This document shows positions 38,651 to 49,331 of a stretch of DNA of 64,000 bases, piece by piece. Each line of letters opens with the position of its first letter. The first letter of the stretch is position 1. A program made the position numbers and the translations under genes. This DNA comes from Selaginella moellendorffii. Taxonomy: Eukaryota; Plantae; Lycopodiophyta. The DNA is taken from the NCBI RefSeq assembly GCF_000143415.4, contig NW_003314309.1:194992-258991 (forward strand), given 5' to 3'. A model generated the notes under the pieces. The model was not told the origin of the DNA, made no database searches, and worked only from the letters and a program-made list of their open reading frames with translations.

Positions 38651-39207
38651 GTTTACCATAAAGATGAATATGATTTATGATAATTTGTATAAAGTAAATA
38701 TAATTACTTCTACACCTTAAACACTAACATGCAACTATCATTCTTAAATCCTAAACAAAAAAATTAATACAGATCTGAGGAAGAAAACAAAGTTCTTTTA
38801 TTAGGAAATTATGTGTTAAAAGTGGGTACATTATACTGCTATTAGTAATTTAGTTGATGTAAATATTGTTGAAATTTATGACTAAAACTTTTGGAACTAC
38901 AAACCTTAAGAACTTACATTTTAGTCACAGTTTAAAAGTAAATTGCAACTCTAATTAGCAACATATATGAGCTTATCTAGCTTTAAAGAATATGTTACTA
39001 CAAATTATGATTTATATTTTAGTTGTAAGGGACAACTACTTAAATTTGAGTAACTATAAAGCTATCACAAATTACAACTTAAAATTTGTAACTAAAGCCA
39101 ATTTGCTACTAACATTTAAGTTGAGTTGATTACAACTTAAATTTCCAACAAACACAAAAATTTCGTTGGAAAAACATATCATTATAATGCTTTTACGGAC
39201 TGGCAGA

Positions 39208-39457
39208 AGTCAAGTCTAAGTCTTGACCTGTCGAAATCCACATTCTATCCACCGTGGCCAAAAAATCACCGCAAAAAGAAACTATGCAAAAATCTATGTT
39301 ATGTAATATAGTTGATAGCCCAGTAAAATCCCAAGTCCCCCACTTTATTGACTAGCAAGGCTTTCATCAAGGCCTTTTGCTAGTCAATAAAGTATTTTTA
39401 CAATGGTAAATCCCAAGTCCCCCACTTTATTGACTAGCTCAATTGACTCGAAGTCAA
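39208..39457 (+). promoter_or_regulatory. W-box (TTGACY) cluster upstream of RLP copy 2: seven sites, including a 17-bp inverted repeat
   Basis: TTGACY on either strand at 39208, 39223, 39348, 39382, 39430, 39443, 39452. Copy 1 has four (18168, 18183, 18318, 18356). Confidence 0.6.
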
Positions 39458-39553
39458 GTGTGCCAAGAATTGGTTATCAAATGTGCGTGTAAACTCTGCA
39501 AAAAGAAGAACCTCATCCTTCATGATAGCGTTCACTCTTTGATGTTCTGATCC

Positions 39554-41878
39554 ATGGCCATGTCTCTCGCGGATTTGCTGCTGCCTTTGTTTCTACTCGT
39601 CTTTCTCACAAGATCCCGGTCACAGTGCCCCACAAATCCATCCGCAATCGTGAACGACACACAGGTTCTTCTCTCTCTCCGTGACAGGCTTGGCATCAAA
39701 GTGTGGAACGAGACTGCCAATCCAAGAGCATGGCGGGGAGTGGAGTGGAGCTCGGACAACCAAGTGGAGGGCCTCGCTCTGTCCAGGTTTAATCTCTCGG
39801 GAGTTTTTCCTGCCACCTGGGCCGAGCTTCCATCGCTGGCTCGCCTGGACCTCTCGCAAAACGGCCTCTCCTCGCTGGAAGTCCCTTGCAAAAATACGCA
39901 GCTCAACCTCCTCAACTTGAGCTCCAATTCCCTGCAAGAGTTCCCCGGAAATCTCTCCAGCCTCGAAAGTTTGGAAAGCCTGGACCTCAGTGGGAACAAC
40001 TTAACAGTGGCCAGACTCCCAAAGTTTAGCTTGACCCTGCGATCGCTCAACCTGTCCATCAACAACTTAACTGGGAACTTTTCCATTGGTGGTAACCTGG
40101 GACTGGAGGCACTGGAACTCTCGCACAACGGACTCAGCGGCTCCATTCCAGAAACTTTCGGGGAGATGACGAACTTGACACGCCTGGACATATCGTACAA
40201 CAGGTTTAGCGGAGATCTACCCAATATTTGGAGCAAGAACTTGGAGCTCAGGTACATGCGTATCTCCGAAAATTCGCTCCAGGGTGGTTTGCCACCGAGC
40301 TTGAGAAGGCTACGCAAGCTCTCGGAATTACGCGCTGCATACAACTCTCTCTCCGGGCCACTGGAGCTGGAAGATGGCGACTTTGCAAGCATCGAGGTTT
40401 TGCACCTCGGGCTAAACGGGTTTAGCGGAACGATCCCGGCTACGCTGGGAAACTTGAGGAACTTGAAGATCCTGGTTCTCATGGGGAATCGTTTTAGTGG
40501 CGCCATACCTCCGGAGCTTGGAAACTGGTCGAACATCAGAGAGATATGGCTCGACAGCAATAACTTGACTGGAACAATCCCAGGCGAGCTCTCGAAGCTC
40601 TCGCATCTCCAGAAGCTGGTTCTCAGGGGGAATCGTTTTAGTGGCGCCATACCTCCGGAGCTTGGAAACTGGTCGAACATCAGAGAGATATGTCTCGACA
40701 GCAATAACTTGACTGGAACAATCCCAGGCGAGCTCTCGAAGCTCTCGCATCTCCAAAGGGTGGTTCTCACGGGAAATCGTTTTAGTGGTGCCATACCTCC
40801 GGAGCTTGGAAACTGGTCGAACATTAGAGAGATATGGCTCGACAGCAATAACTTGACTGGAACAATCCCAGGCGAGCTCTCGAAGCTCTCGCATCTCCAG
40901 CAGCTAGATCTCAGCAGCAACGACATCGGCGGGGAGCTCCCTTCCGGACTCTCCAACTGCACCGAGCTCGTCCTTCTCGGGCTGGACCAGAACAAGTTCT
41001 CTGGAAATCTCCCTGACAGCTTCGGGAATTTGAGCCGCCTGCTCCTTCTGTCGCTTTCCAGCAACGATCTTGTCGGTTCAATCCCAGCCATATTGCAAAA
41101 CATGTCGTCTCTGCAGTTCCTCTTCCTCGACAACAACAGCTTCAGCGGCTCCATACCGGACTGGCTTCCCAGGCTCACGAACTTACGAGCCATGAACTTC
41201 TCGGTTAACAGGTTCTCTGGGGAGATGCCAGAAAGCATTGGCCGACTGTTTGCCAACGTCCAGCTTTACGACCAGAACAAACGGTCTGTGATGATTCAAA
41301 CCGAGCGAGGACTCGTCTACAACGGTTTCACCTTCCCGACCTACATAGACTTCTCCTTCAACCAGCTGACTGGAAGCATTCCAGCTGCCATTGGCGACCT
41401 CTACAAGCTCCAGGGGTTGTACCTGAGCCACAACCAGCTAACAGGTCCCATTCCCGAGTCCCTGGGGAAGGCAAGGAATCTCTCCTGGGTGGGGCTCGCA
41501 AGCAATCGTCTCAATGGCTCCATACCATCGTCCGTGGCGGACCTCTCGTTTGTCACCATCTTCGACGTCTCCAACAACAACCTGGTGGGACGGATACCTG
41601 ACAGCCCACAACTCTCGTCCATGGACGCGGCTCTCTTCGCTGGGAATCAGCTCTGTGGCTTGCCACTGACCAACACCTGTTCGAGCACTGCTATGCCGCC
41701 ACACAAGCTTAGAACAGAGGGACAAGGTGGTAGCGAACAGGACCAAAGAGAGGTGACAACACTTGTCAGCGTTGCCATCTTCGTGGCAGCCGCCTTCAAC
41801 GCGTTCTTCTGGACCTATTTTGCGGCAAACCGCAGAGCTCATTCCCAGCTCTGTGGATGCTGGCAATCAAATCTCTAG
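39554..41878 (+). CDS. LRR receptor-like protein (signal peptide, eLRRs, island, TM, short tail; 774 aa), intronless
   Basis: Uninterrupted ORF with hydrophobic signal peptide, three 144-bp units at 40472-40903, and TM segment LVSVAIFVAAAFNAFFWTYF. Confidence 0.95.
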   Translation: MAMSLADLLLPLFLLVFLTRSRSQCPTNPSAIVNDTQVLLSLRDRLGIKVWNETANPRAWRGVEWSSDNQVEGLALSRFNLSGVFPATWAELPSLARLDLSQNGLSSLEVPCKNTQLNLLNLSSNSLQEFPGNLSSLESLESLDLSGNNLTVARLPKFSLTLRSLNLSINNLTGNFSIGGNLGLEALELSHNGLSGSIPETFGEMTNLTRLDISYNRFSGDLPNIWSKNLELRYMRISENSLQGGLPPSLRRLRKLSELRAAYNSLSGPLELEDGDFASIEVLHLGLNGFSGTIPATLGNLRNLKILVLMGNRFSGAIPPELGNWSNIREIWLDSNNLTGTIPGELSKLSHLQKLVLRGNRFSGAIPPELGNWSNIREICLDSNNLTGTIPGELSKLSHLQRVVLTGNRFSGAIPPELGNWSNIREIWLDSNNLTGTIPGELSKLSHLQQLDLSSNDIGGELPSGLSNCTELVLLGLDQNKFSGNLPDSFGNLSRLLLLSLSSNDLVGSIPAILQNMSSLQFLFLDNNSFSGSIPDWLPRLTNLRAMNFSVNRFSGEMPESIGRLFANVQLYDQNKRSVMIQTERGLVYNGFTFPTYIDFSFNQLTGSIPAAIGDLYKLQGLYLSHNQLTGPIPESLGKARNLSWVGLASNRLNGSIPSSVADLSFVTIFDVSNNNLVGRIPDSPQLSSMDAALFAGNQLCGLPLTNTCSSTAMPPHKLRTEGQGGSEQDQREVTTLVSVAIFVAAAFNAFFWTYFAANRRAHSQLCGCWQSNL

Positions 41879-44190
41879 CTCGTCCACCATGTTGCTGCCG
41901 TCCTTTCTACCTTTCAGTTTGTAATCGACCGCTTGATGAAGTGAACTCTTCTTATCCGCTTACCGGTAGATGCTCGCCATCAGAACGTATGCAGCCGAGT
42001 CATTCTCGTCGATCTTCGTCAGTGCCTCGAACGCAATCCTCCCCACTTCCACTTACGGCAGGCCCCGAGGACGCTCCCCCAAACCACAGCATCCGCTCTC
42101 AAAGGCATGCTCTCAAGGACTTTCAAGGCCTCTTCCAGTCGGTTAAGAGATCCACCAAGCTGCTGTAGTGATGAATCCCGCAAACAATGCCAGAATCCGG
42201 GTCCATTGCCTGGAAAAACTCCCTGCCTCGTTCAACTAGGCCGCCGTGGCTGCAAGCAGTGATGACCGAGACAAATGTGATTGCGTTTGCTCGCACGCCA
42301 TCTTCTCGCATCTCGCGAAAGGCTTCGAACACGCGCGACGTGTCACCCTGTTGGCCGAATCCCGTGACCAGTGCATTCCAGGCGACGATATCTCGGACTG
42401 CCAGAGATCCAAACAAGTGCTCGGCCGCACTCATAACTCCGCACTTCCTGTAGAAGTTTACTCCCCACAACTTGATCGTCTTCCAGCCCACGCCTGTAAA
42501 GCTCAGCCTGGAGTTTCCTTCCAGCTAGGCCGTAAGTCCCGCTACAAGAGTCTGAGAGTTTGGAGCACAGTCCACTCCAAGAGTTCCAGCCCGAGCTCAC
42601 TCTCACCGTTGTCTATATATCCCTGTATCAAGCTCGTCCAAACGACAACGTCCAGGCTAGGCATGCGTTTGAAAACTGCTCGAGCTTTCACCATATCTCC
42701 ACACTTGGCATACATGTCCACCAAGCTGCTCCCGACAAATCTGTGCTCGCAGCGTCCAAACTTCGCGGCGAGAGAATGAATCTCCATCCCCTTTTCTAGG
42801 CTCTGGATTCGCACTAGCTTTCCATCTTCTCGCGGAACAGGTGGCTCGGACGCTGAAAGGTGGACGCAGGCCATGAGCGCAGCAACAAACGTTCTCTCGT
42901 CCGGATCGTTCTCCCGAGCCATGCCGAAGAACAGCTCCAAGGCCAGCTTGCTGTCTCCACTTACATCGGCCAGCCATGCCATCGAAGACCTTGCGAGCTT
43001 CCTCTAGCTTCTCACACTTCGCGTACATATCAATCAGAGTGTTCCCCACGAACACGTCCTCACAGCACCTGTTGTTTGAAGCTTCACCGTGGATAGCCGC
43101 CCCGGTTTCCAAGCTCTTTCTCTTCACGAGTTTGCCGTCGACATCCACCGCTTCTTCTCGCATTGCCGAGCTCGCACAGGCGGCAAGCGCAGCAACACAC
43201 GTCCGAGAGCTTGGACAGCACCCAGATAGCTTCATATCTTCGAAGAACACGAGAGCCAGCTCGCTTTCCCCGTTGTCCACAAAGCCTTGTATCAAGCTCG
43301 TCCAGAGCACGACATCACGACGAGGCATGCTCTCGAAAACCATCCGCGCGTCGACCTTGCTCCCACACTTGAGTACCTGTCACTTGGCTGCTCCCCACGA
43401 AGATATCTCCACAGCAGTGGCTTTTCACAGCTCCATCGTGAACAGCGAGCTCCTTCTTCAGGCTCTTCGTCTTCACCATCTTTTGATGGCCTCCTCTTTC
43501 ACTGCTAGATTCGCACAGCCCTTGGCAGCAGCAACGAAAGTCCGAGAGTTTGGCGAGCAGCCCATCTTCCCAAAGAACTCGAGAGCGACCTCGCTTTCTC
43601 CATTCTCTCCAGGAGACCACGTCTCACTGTGGCATCTCATCGAAGACCGATCGAGCATCGAGCATGATGCCGCACTTAGCTCGAGAGGAAAACGTCTTCG
43701 CTGCAAGACGGTCCCATCTGCTTGGCTTGAGAATGGATGCCTCTGCCGGTCTCGAGACTAGCCTCCTTGACGAGCTTCCCATCGACCAAAACAGCGTCTT
43801 CCTTCGCCGCGAGGCTGCTACAAGCCTTTGCCGCGTCCTGGAGTTTGGCTTGCATCCTCTCGAAGAGATCCAGAGCCACATCGCTCTCGCCATTGGAGAC
43901 GTAGCCCAGCATCAAGGACATCACGTTTGGGTGAAGAATGCTGTCGAACACGCGGCGGGAATCCTCCATGCTGCCGCATTTCGCGTACATGTCTCCCCAG
44001 CTGCTTGCTCTCCGCCGCCTGGGCGTGGATCGCCCAGGCGCAAATTGCCCTAGCGCAAATCCCTTGTGACCTTGGGCGCCCGCGGCGGCGCTGCCGAAGG
44101 AGCGAATGCTGGTGCGGCGCATCGAATCGCTGCCGTCGCCAAGTCTCATCCATCGCAAGAACCCTAAACATTTGCTAGCAACATGGAAAT
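41870..44190 (-). pseudogene. PLS-class PPR pseudogene, copy 2
   Basis: Paralog of 21276-23660 with both shared and private frameshifts. Confidence 0.92.
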
Positions 44191-47100
44191 TCAACCAAGG
44201 CCGTCGATTCAAGAATATCTGACGGTTGGAAATGAATCGGGGACCATTAGCCTGGAAAAACCTTGATGTACTCGGGAAAAATCGCCTTGTACAACCCAGC
44301 GTAGCCTTGGGTGCGAACAATGTGCCTCAGCGCGCTCGCAATCCCAGGCTTGTAAGCCGGTGTCCATCTCCGGTCGCCCTCGAGTTAAGTCGATCGGAAA
44401 CACCGAAAAGCGTGGTCAGAGTTCCTTATAAAGGCTAAGAAAGCTCTCCCGTTGATGGATTGTGGAAAGTGTGTCATAGATGCGGATGCATAGCAACATC
44501 TACACGCAAGAGCACAAAAGCTGTCAAGGGAACAACCAACAACAACGATCACAAAGCTCAAGGTGAGGAAATTCAGGAGAAGACTCAGGAACAAGATCCT
44601 GAACATGTAACCACCTTGCAGGTTCCAAATTAACAGTCGTCAAACCAGAGTGTAACATGAACATGACCCAGCAGGAGCAGTCTCCAGCATCTCCACCACA
44701 CACAGCAACACCAACACAACCAGCTCTCAATGCCGATGCTAAGAACATGCTGCATCACTGCAAACACCACAGTTGAGAGCATCCTGAGCAGGAGTGATGC
44801 TGCAAGCCTGAGCTTACACTGGATCTTAAGCTTGGCATTTCTCCAGTTTGTGGACAAAATGTAGTGTCTCCAGTCAACACCACAAAGCAGATTTTGCAAG
44901 GCTTTTCCACAACAAGCAGACGAGCATTTTCATGCGAGACAGAGTCCAATCAACACCTTTGTCTACCAGCCCCTACATGCAAAGCTCATGAAGATCCAGA
45001 ACCATATTCTCCAGCTCAAGAGGAGCATTTGAGGTACAACTTTCTAGAGATCTGTATGTGCAAAGATTTAGCGCATGAACAAGGAACTCCCCAAGGAGAA
45101 TGTAGAGCTTCGCAATGAGATCTGACAGCTCAAGGTGAAGCAGCTGTAGGGATAGGGTGCGCTACAACAGAAGAACAAATTCAAGAATGAGCTCTTTGGA
45201 GTCATAGCAGCAATAAAACAGCCCAATGCCGTGGAGAAGTGAGAGCTTCAAGATGAAACTTAACTCAGTTGTGGGAGAAAAGTGGGGTATAGAAAATCAA
45301 CTTTATATTTAGAAACATCATCCTAAGTCTTGAGATTTAAACTTTGAGACTCAAGAATAAGAATAGTGCTTTCATCATCAATGCCCATCCATATGCTCAA
45401 AATCTAAAGTACTCAAGCAATGCTAAATTTATCTTTGCTCATGATTTTGACAAAAACCTTCATAGGGATTGAAAGATTTAAGTCATTCCTTTTTTACTTT
45501 TTATATGTTTATTTGTGTCTAGCTGAAGCAAAATGCAAAATCAAGTCAAGCAAATGTAATAGCAAGCATCCACTTTACTCTCACCTTCTTTTTTCTTTCA
45601 CTCTTATTTTATTTTCCTATTTCTTTCTTTTCTAATACAAGCTTTTAGTATATAGACTTTTGCCCAAGTTTTTAGGAATGGCTTGTTTTGATGTTTAAAG
45701 GGATGATTGCAAAACACATGAACTTTCAGCATTTAGATTGAGATGGATATTTGCCATTTCTTTGGTATACATATATCACAGGGTATAAAGTTCTATTAAT
45801 GCTTCACTATATAAACTTTTATATAGTCATTATTTAGAGTTGAGTTTACCTTTGTGATTGTCATAAGGTGCCGATGCTTAAGTCTTGGGATCAATATTTG
45901 ATAAGCATTCTTCCACTCATTCGAGTAAAGTTTATTGAGCATTTAGGCTGTGTATAAGTGAGATAATAACAACACAACAACTTCCATCATCGTTCACCAG
46001 TGGAGTACAAAGTGGATGACTTGGTGTTAATCCATTTTCCCAATGTGTGCCAAATGAGCAAACTTAAACACTTTCTATAAATAGCATTTGGGACCGAAAT
46101 GAGACTAACACAAAGGGCATGATGGCGAGGGTGTTTGGCAAACATGATAAATTATCATTTAGTGAATATTGAGGGAGCAAGCTCAATATTACAGGGGTTT
46201 TTAATATTAGCAAGTGCAAGCTAATGACAAGAGTTTCTCAAACTAGGCCGAGTATACTCAGCAAGAAATACATGGGGTTCCTACTTTATGTTTATCTAAT
46301 TTAAATATATGGTCATTGACCAGTTTCTCAATTAGTACAAGAGGGATTGATAAAAGGTCTAGCAAAACCAACCTCCTACTATTATGGTAGTAGAGAAAGA
46401 ATATCTGAAAGGACTAACTAACAAATAACTTTAGATACCCAAAATCACATTCACAACACAATTTCTCCTTTCCTCTATTCTTTTTCTTCTAAGGCTTGGG
46501 CTTCTTCCCATCAATCTTCTTGTAGATTCAATGCTGCCCATCTGGCTCCCCACAGCCCCTTGAGATGTGCACAGAGATCCACCCCCTGCACATTGAAGTA
46601 ATTGTGCCTAAATATGATGGATCTACCATCGGGCCACATGGGTGACCATGTGAGATTGATGTTCATCCATGCCAAGTGGAAATCATGCCTAGCATCCACT
46701 TCAATTAAATCTGCTGGGATCCCTAGCTTGCACAGCTTGTAGAACTATGTGTTGATGGAGAATGACACTGGCATAATGTTGTCACTGGCATAATGTTGTC
46801 ATTGGCATTGGAGAAGGCCATATTTTGCAAGAACTGGTTGAAGAGAATCACATTGCTGTGCACCTAGAAAAATTAGAAGTTGATATGGCTCTTTGTTTTA
46901 CTGTAAATAAGGAACCATATTAACTTATAGTTTTTCTAAGTTCAGCAAAATATATAGCAAAAGGTAATTATATTTGAAGGTTTTTAAGCATGTAAATTAT
47001 ACTTCTATTGAATTCTTTTTTATAAAGAAAATTTTAAATAATATGTACTTATTTTTATTATATTTAAATGGGATTTTTGATAATTCATACAAAGCTAAAC

Positions 47101-47539
47101 CTTAATTCACATTGATGTTAATCAAACAATGGTACTTAAGTAATCTAGTTTAACAAAATTTAATTAATTTATACACTGTCATTAGTGTAACTAAAAACTA
47201 CTTGTCTCAAAAAAAAATACCTGTTCTTTATTTTTGTCTTTAAGTATCTAAAGTGACACTTTGAGGAGTAGTGACTTATGCCGTGTAGCCTCCTAGATAT
47301 CAAGAATATTTAAGATCCTATGATATTCTATTACATAGTGTAAGAAAGAATAGGGACTGAGAGAGCACAAGATAAGGACATGAATCTGCTCGTTGAGAGC
47401 TCTCACCACCTTTCTGAATTATTAAAAATAGCAGATTAAGATTCTTTACCTAATCAGACATCCATTACAAACCATGGTCAGCACTCAGACTCAGAGTGTA
47501 TGGAGCGAATATACTTGATGGGCCGCCCTAATCACGCGA

Positions 47540-48961
47540 ATGGCGAGGTCCGTGCTCGTGATAAACTCTGGCAGCTCATCGATCAAGTGAGTAAAGATTT
47601 TTGTGAAGAAAGAGTTCCTCTAGAGGGTCAATGTATCGCAGGTATGCCCTGTATCATCTGGGAAGAGTGGCTTCTTGCATTTTCCAGGGCAGTGTGGAAG
47701 GCATTGGAACTTCCAAGAGCTCCATCTCCCACAAGAGCATCTCCACTGCCCAAGATCTAAAAATCATGGTATTTGTGTTCCAGCAATCTTAAAGCCTTTG
47801 TACATGGATAGCTGGGTTGCTAATAGTTTTTTGGTTTTCTTCCAGGGAAAATGTATTGGAGACCACGAAGCTGGTCTCAAGAAAGTGATGGATTTGCTCC
47901 AGCAGCCACAAAACGTTTGCGCTGTTGGGCACCGAGTCGTTCACGGCGGCGAGCAATTTAGCAAACCAACGCATATAACTCAAGAGGTGAAGAAAGCAAT
48001 CGAGAGGGCTGTTCCTCTAGCTCCACTTCACAATCCAGCAAACTTGGAGGTAACAAATCTTAACTTTCTTTTTTCCAAAAGGAAAAATCCATTTTTTTGT
48101 CTCTCTTAAAAAGATCACAAAATTTTCCAGGGAATTCGAGTTGCTGAGGAGCTCTTCCACTGCCCCCACGTAGCCGTCTTTGACACAGCCTTCCACTCCA
48201 CCATCCCCCGGCCGTCGTACACGTACGGAATCCCCTGGAAGCTGTACGAAGAGCTGGGCGTACGGCGCTATGGCTTCCACGGGACGAGCTACCAGTTTCT
48301 TCTTGGCGAGGCTTCTCGCGCCCTTGGAAGGCCAGCGCTGGAACTTAATCTCATCGCCTTCCATCTCGGCGCTGGAGCGAGCATGTGTGCGATCAAGCAC
48401 GGGCAATCGATCGACACAAGCATGGGAATGACTCCACTCGAAGGTTTAGTGATGGCTACTCGGAGTGGCGACGTTGATCCGGCGATCTGGCCCTTCCTCG
48501 CAGCGCACAGATCCATGGGCTTGGCCGAGATCGATGCTTTGCTCAACAAGGAGAGTGGGATCTACGGGCTTTGCGGAGACAAAGATATGAAAGAAGTTGT
48601 GCAAGCCGCGGATAGTTCCGACAAGCACAGGCTAGCGCTGGAGGTGTACGTCCACCGTATAAGGAAGTATCTGGGAGCGTACATGGTTGATCTCGAGGGG
48701 AAAGTTGACGCGCTGGTGTTTAGCGGTGGCGTTGGCGAGAGGTCGGCTAAAATCCGGTCCATGGTTTGCGAGAGGCTGGAGGCTTTTGGAATCCAGGTTG
48801 ACGAGGAGAAAAATGGTAAAAGCTTGAGAGAGATCCACAAGGATGGTTCGAGGATCAAGGTTTTGGTGATACCGACCGACGAGCAGCTTTGTATTGCGCA
48901 GCAAACTCGCGAGGTTTTGGAGAGTTTGGAAGCTCCGGTTCGTGAGAAGAGTGGGGGATAG
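47540..48961 (+). CDS. ackA: Acetate kinase, 402 aa; exons 47540-47586, 47642-47768, 47846-48049, 48131-48961
   Basis: Manual splicing at GT-AG introns (55, 77, 81 bp) gives [106 protein letters not shown]; 1209 nt with no internal stops. Confidence 0.95.
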
Positions 48962-49331
48962 GATTCACTAGAAAACTTGGATGATCTTGGTTGTAAATAG
49001 AATGGATTGATCGAGGTTATAAGAGAACAAAAGTTATCGCTACATGGTCTTTTAAGTAAAACTACTGAAAGCCATACACCTCTACTATAGCTTGATCTCT
49101 TCGCTTCGAATCGCAATCATCGACGAATTGGCAAGGAGAGCGCTGGATTCTTTGATCTTCTCGAGCATCACATCAGCTGCAAGAACCAAGTTGATAAGTA
49201 TTTGACGACAAGTTTATGACGTGAGACTGATAGACAGGACTTACACATGATTTGTCTTAGCTGAGTTATCACCATCTGTATAGATCACAAGAACACGGTT
49301 GAGATAAAGCAAAGCGATGAACAAATGCCAC

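Larger units (their letters stand above)
38651..46045 (+). repeat. Segmental duplicate of 17617-26545 (promoter-RLP-PPR-unknown-gypsy fragment)
   Basis: Colinear from tgtttaccataaaga to gttaatccattttcc; copy 2 lacks ~23775-24830. Confidence 0.93.

Noticed and set aside
47500-47760. 86-aa ORF, and the idea that acetate kinase lacks its N-terminus
   Set aside because: Wrong frame across exons 1-2; splicing recovers [12 protein letters not shown].
47540-48961. Bacterial contamination
   Set aside because: Three spliceosomal introns and a local genomic duplicate.
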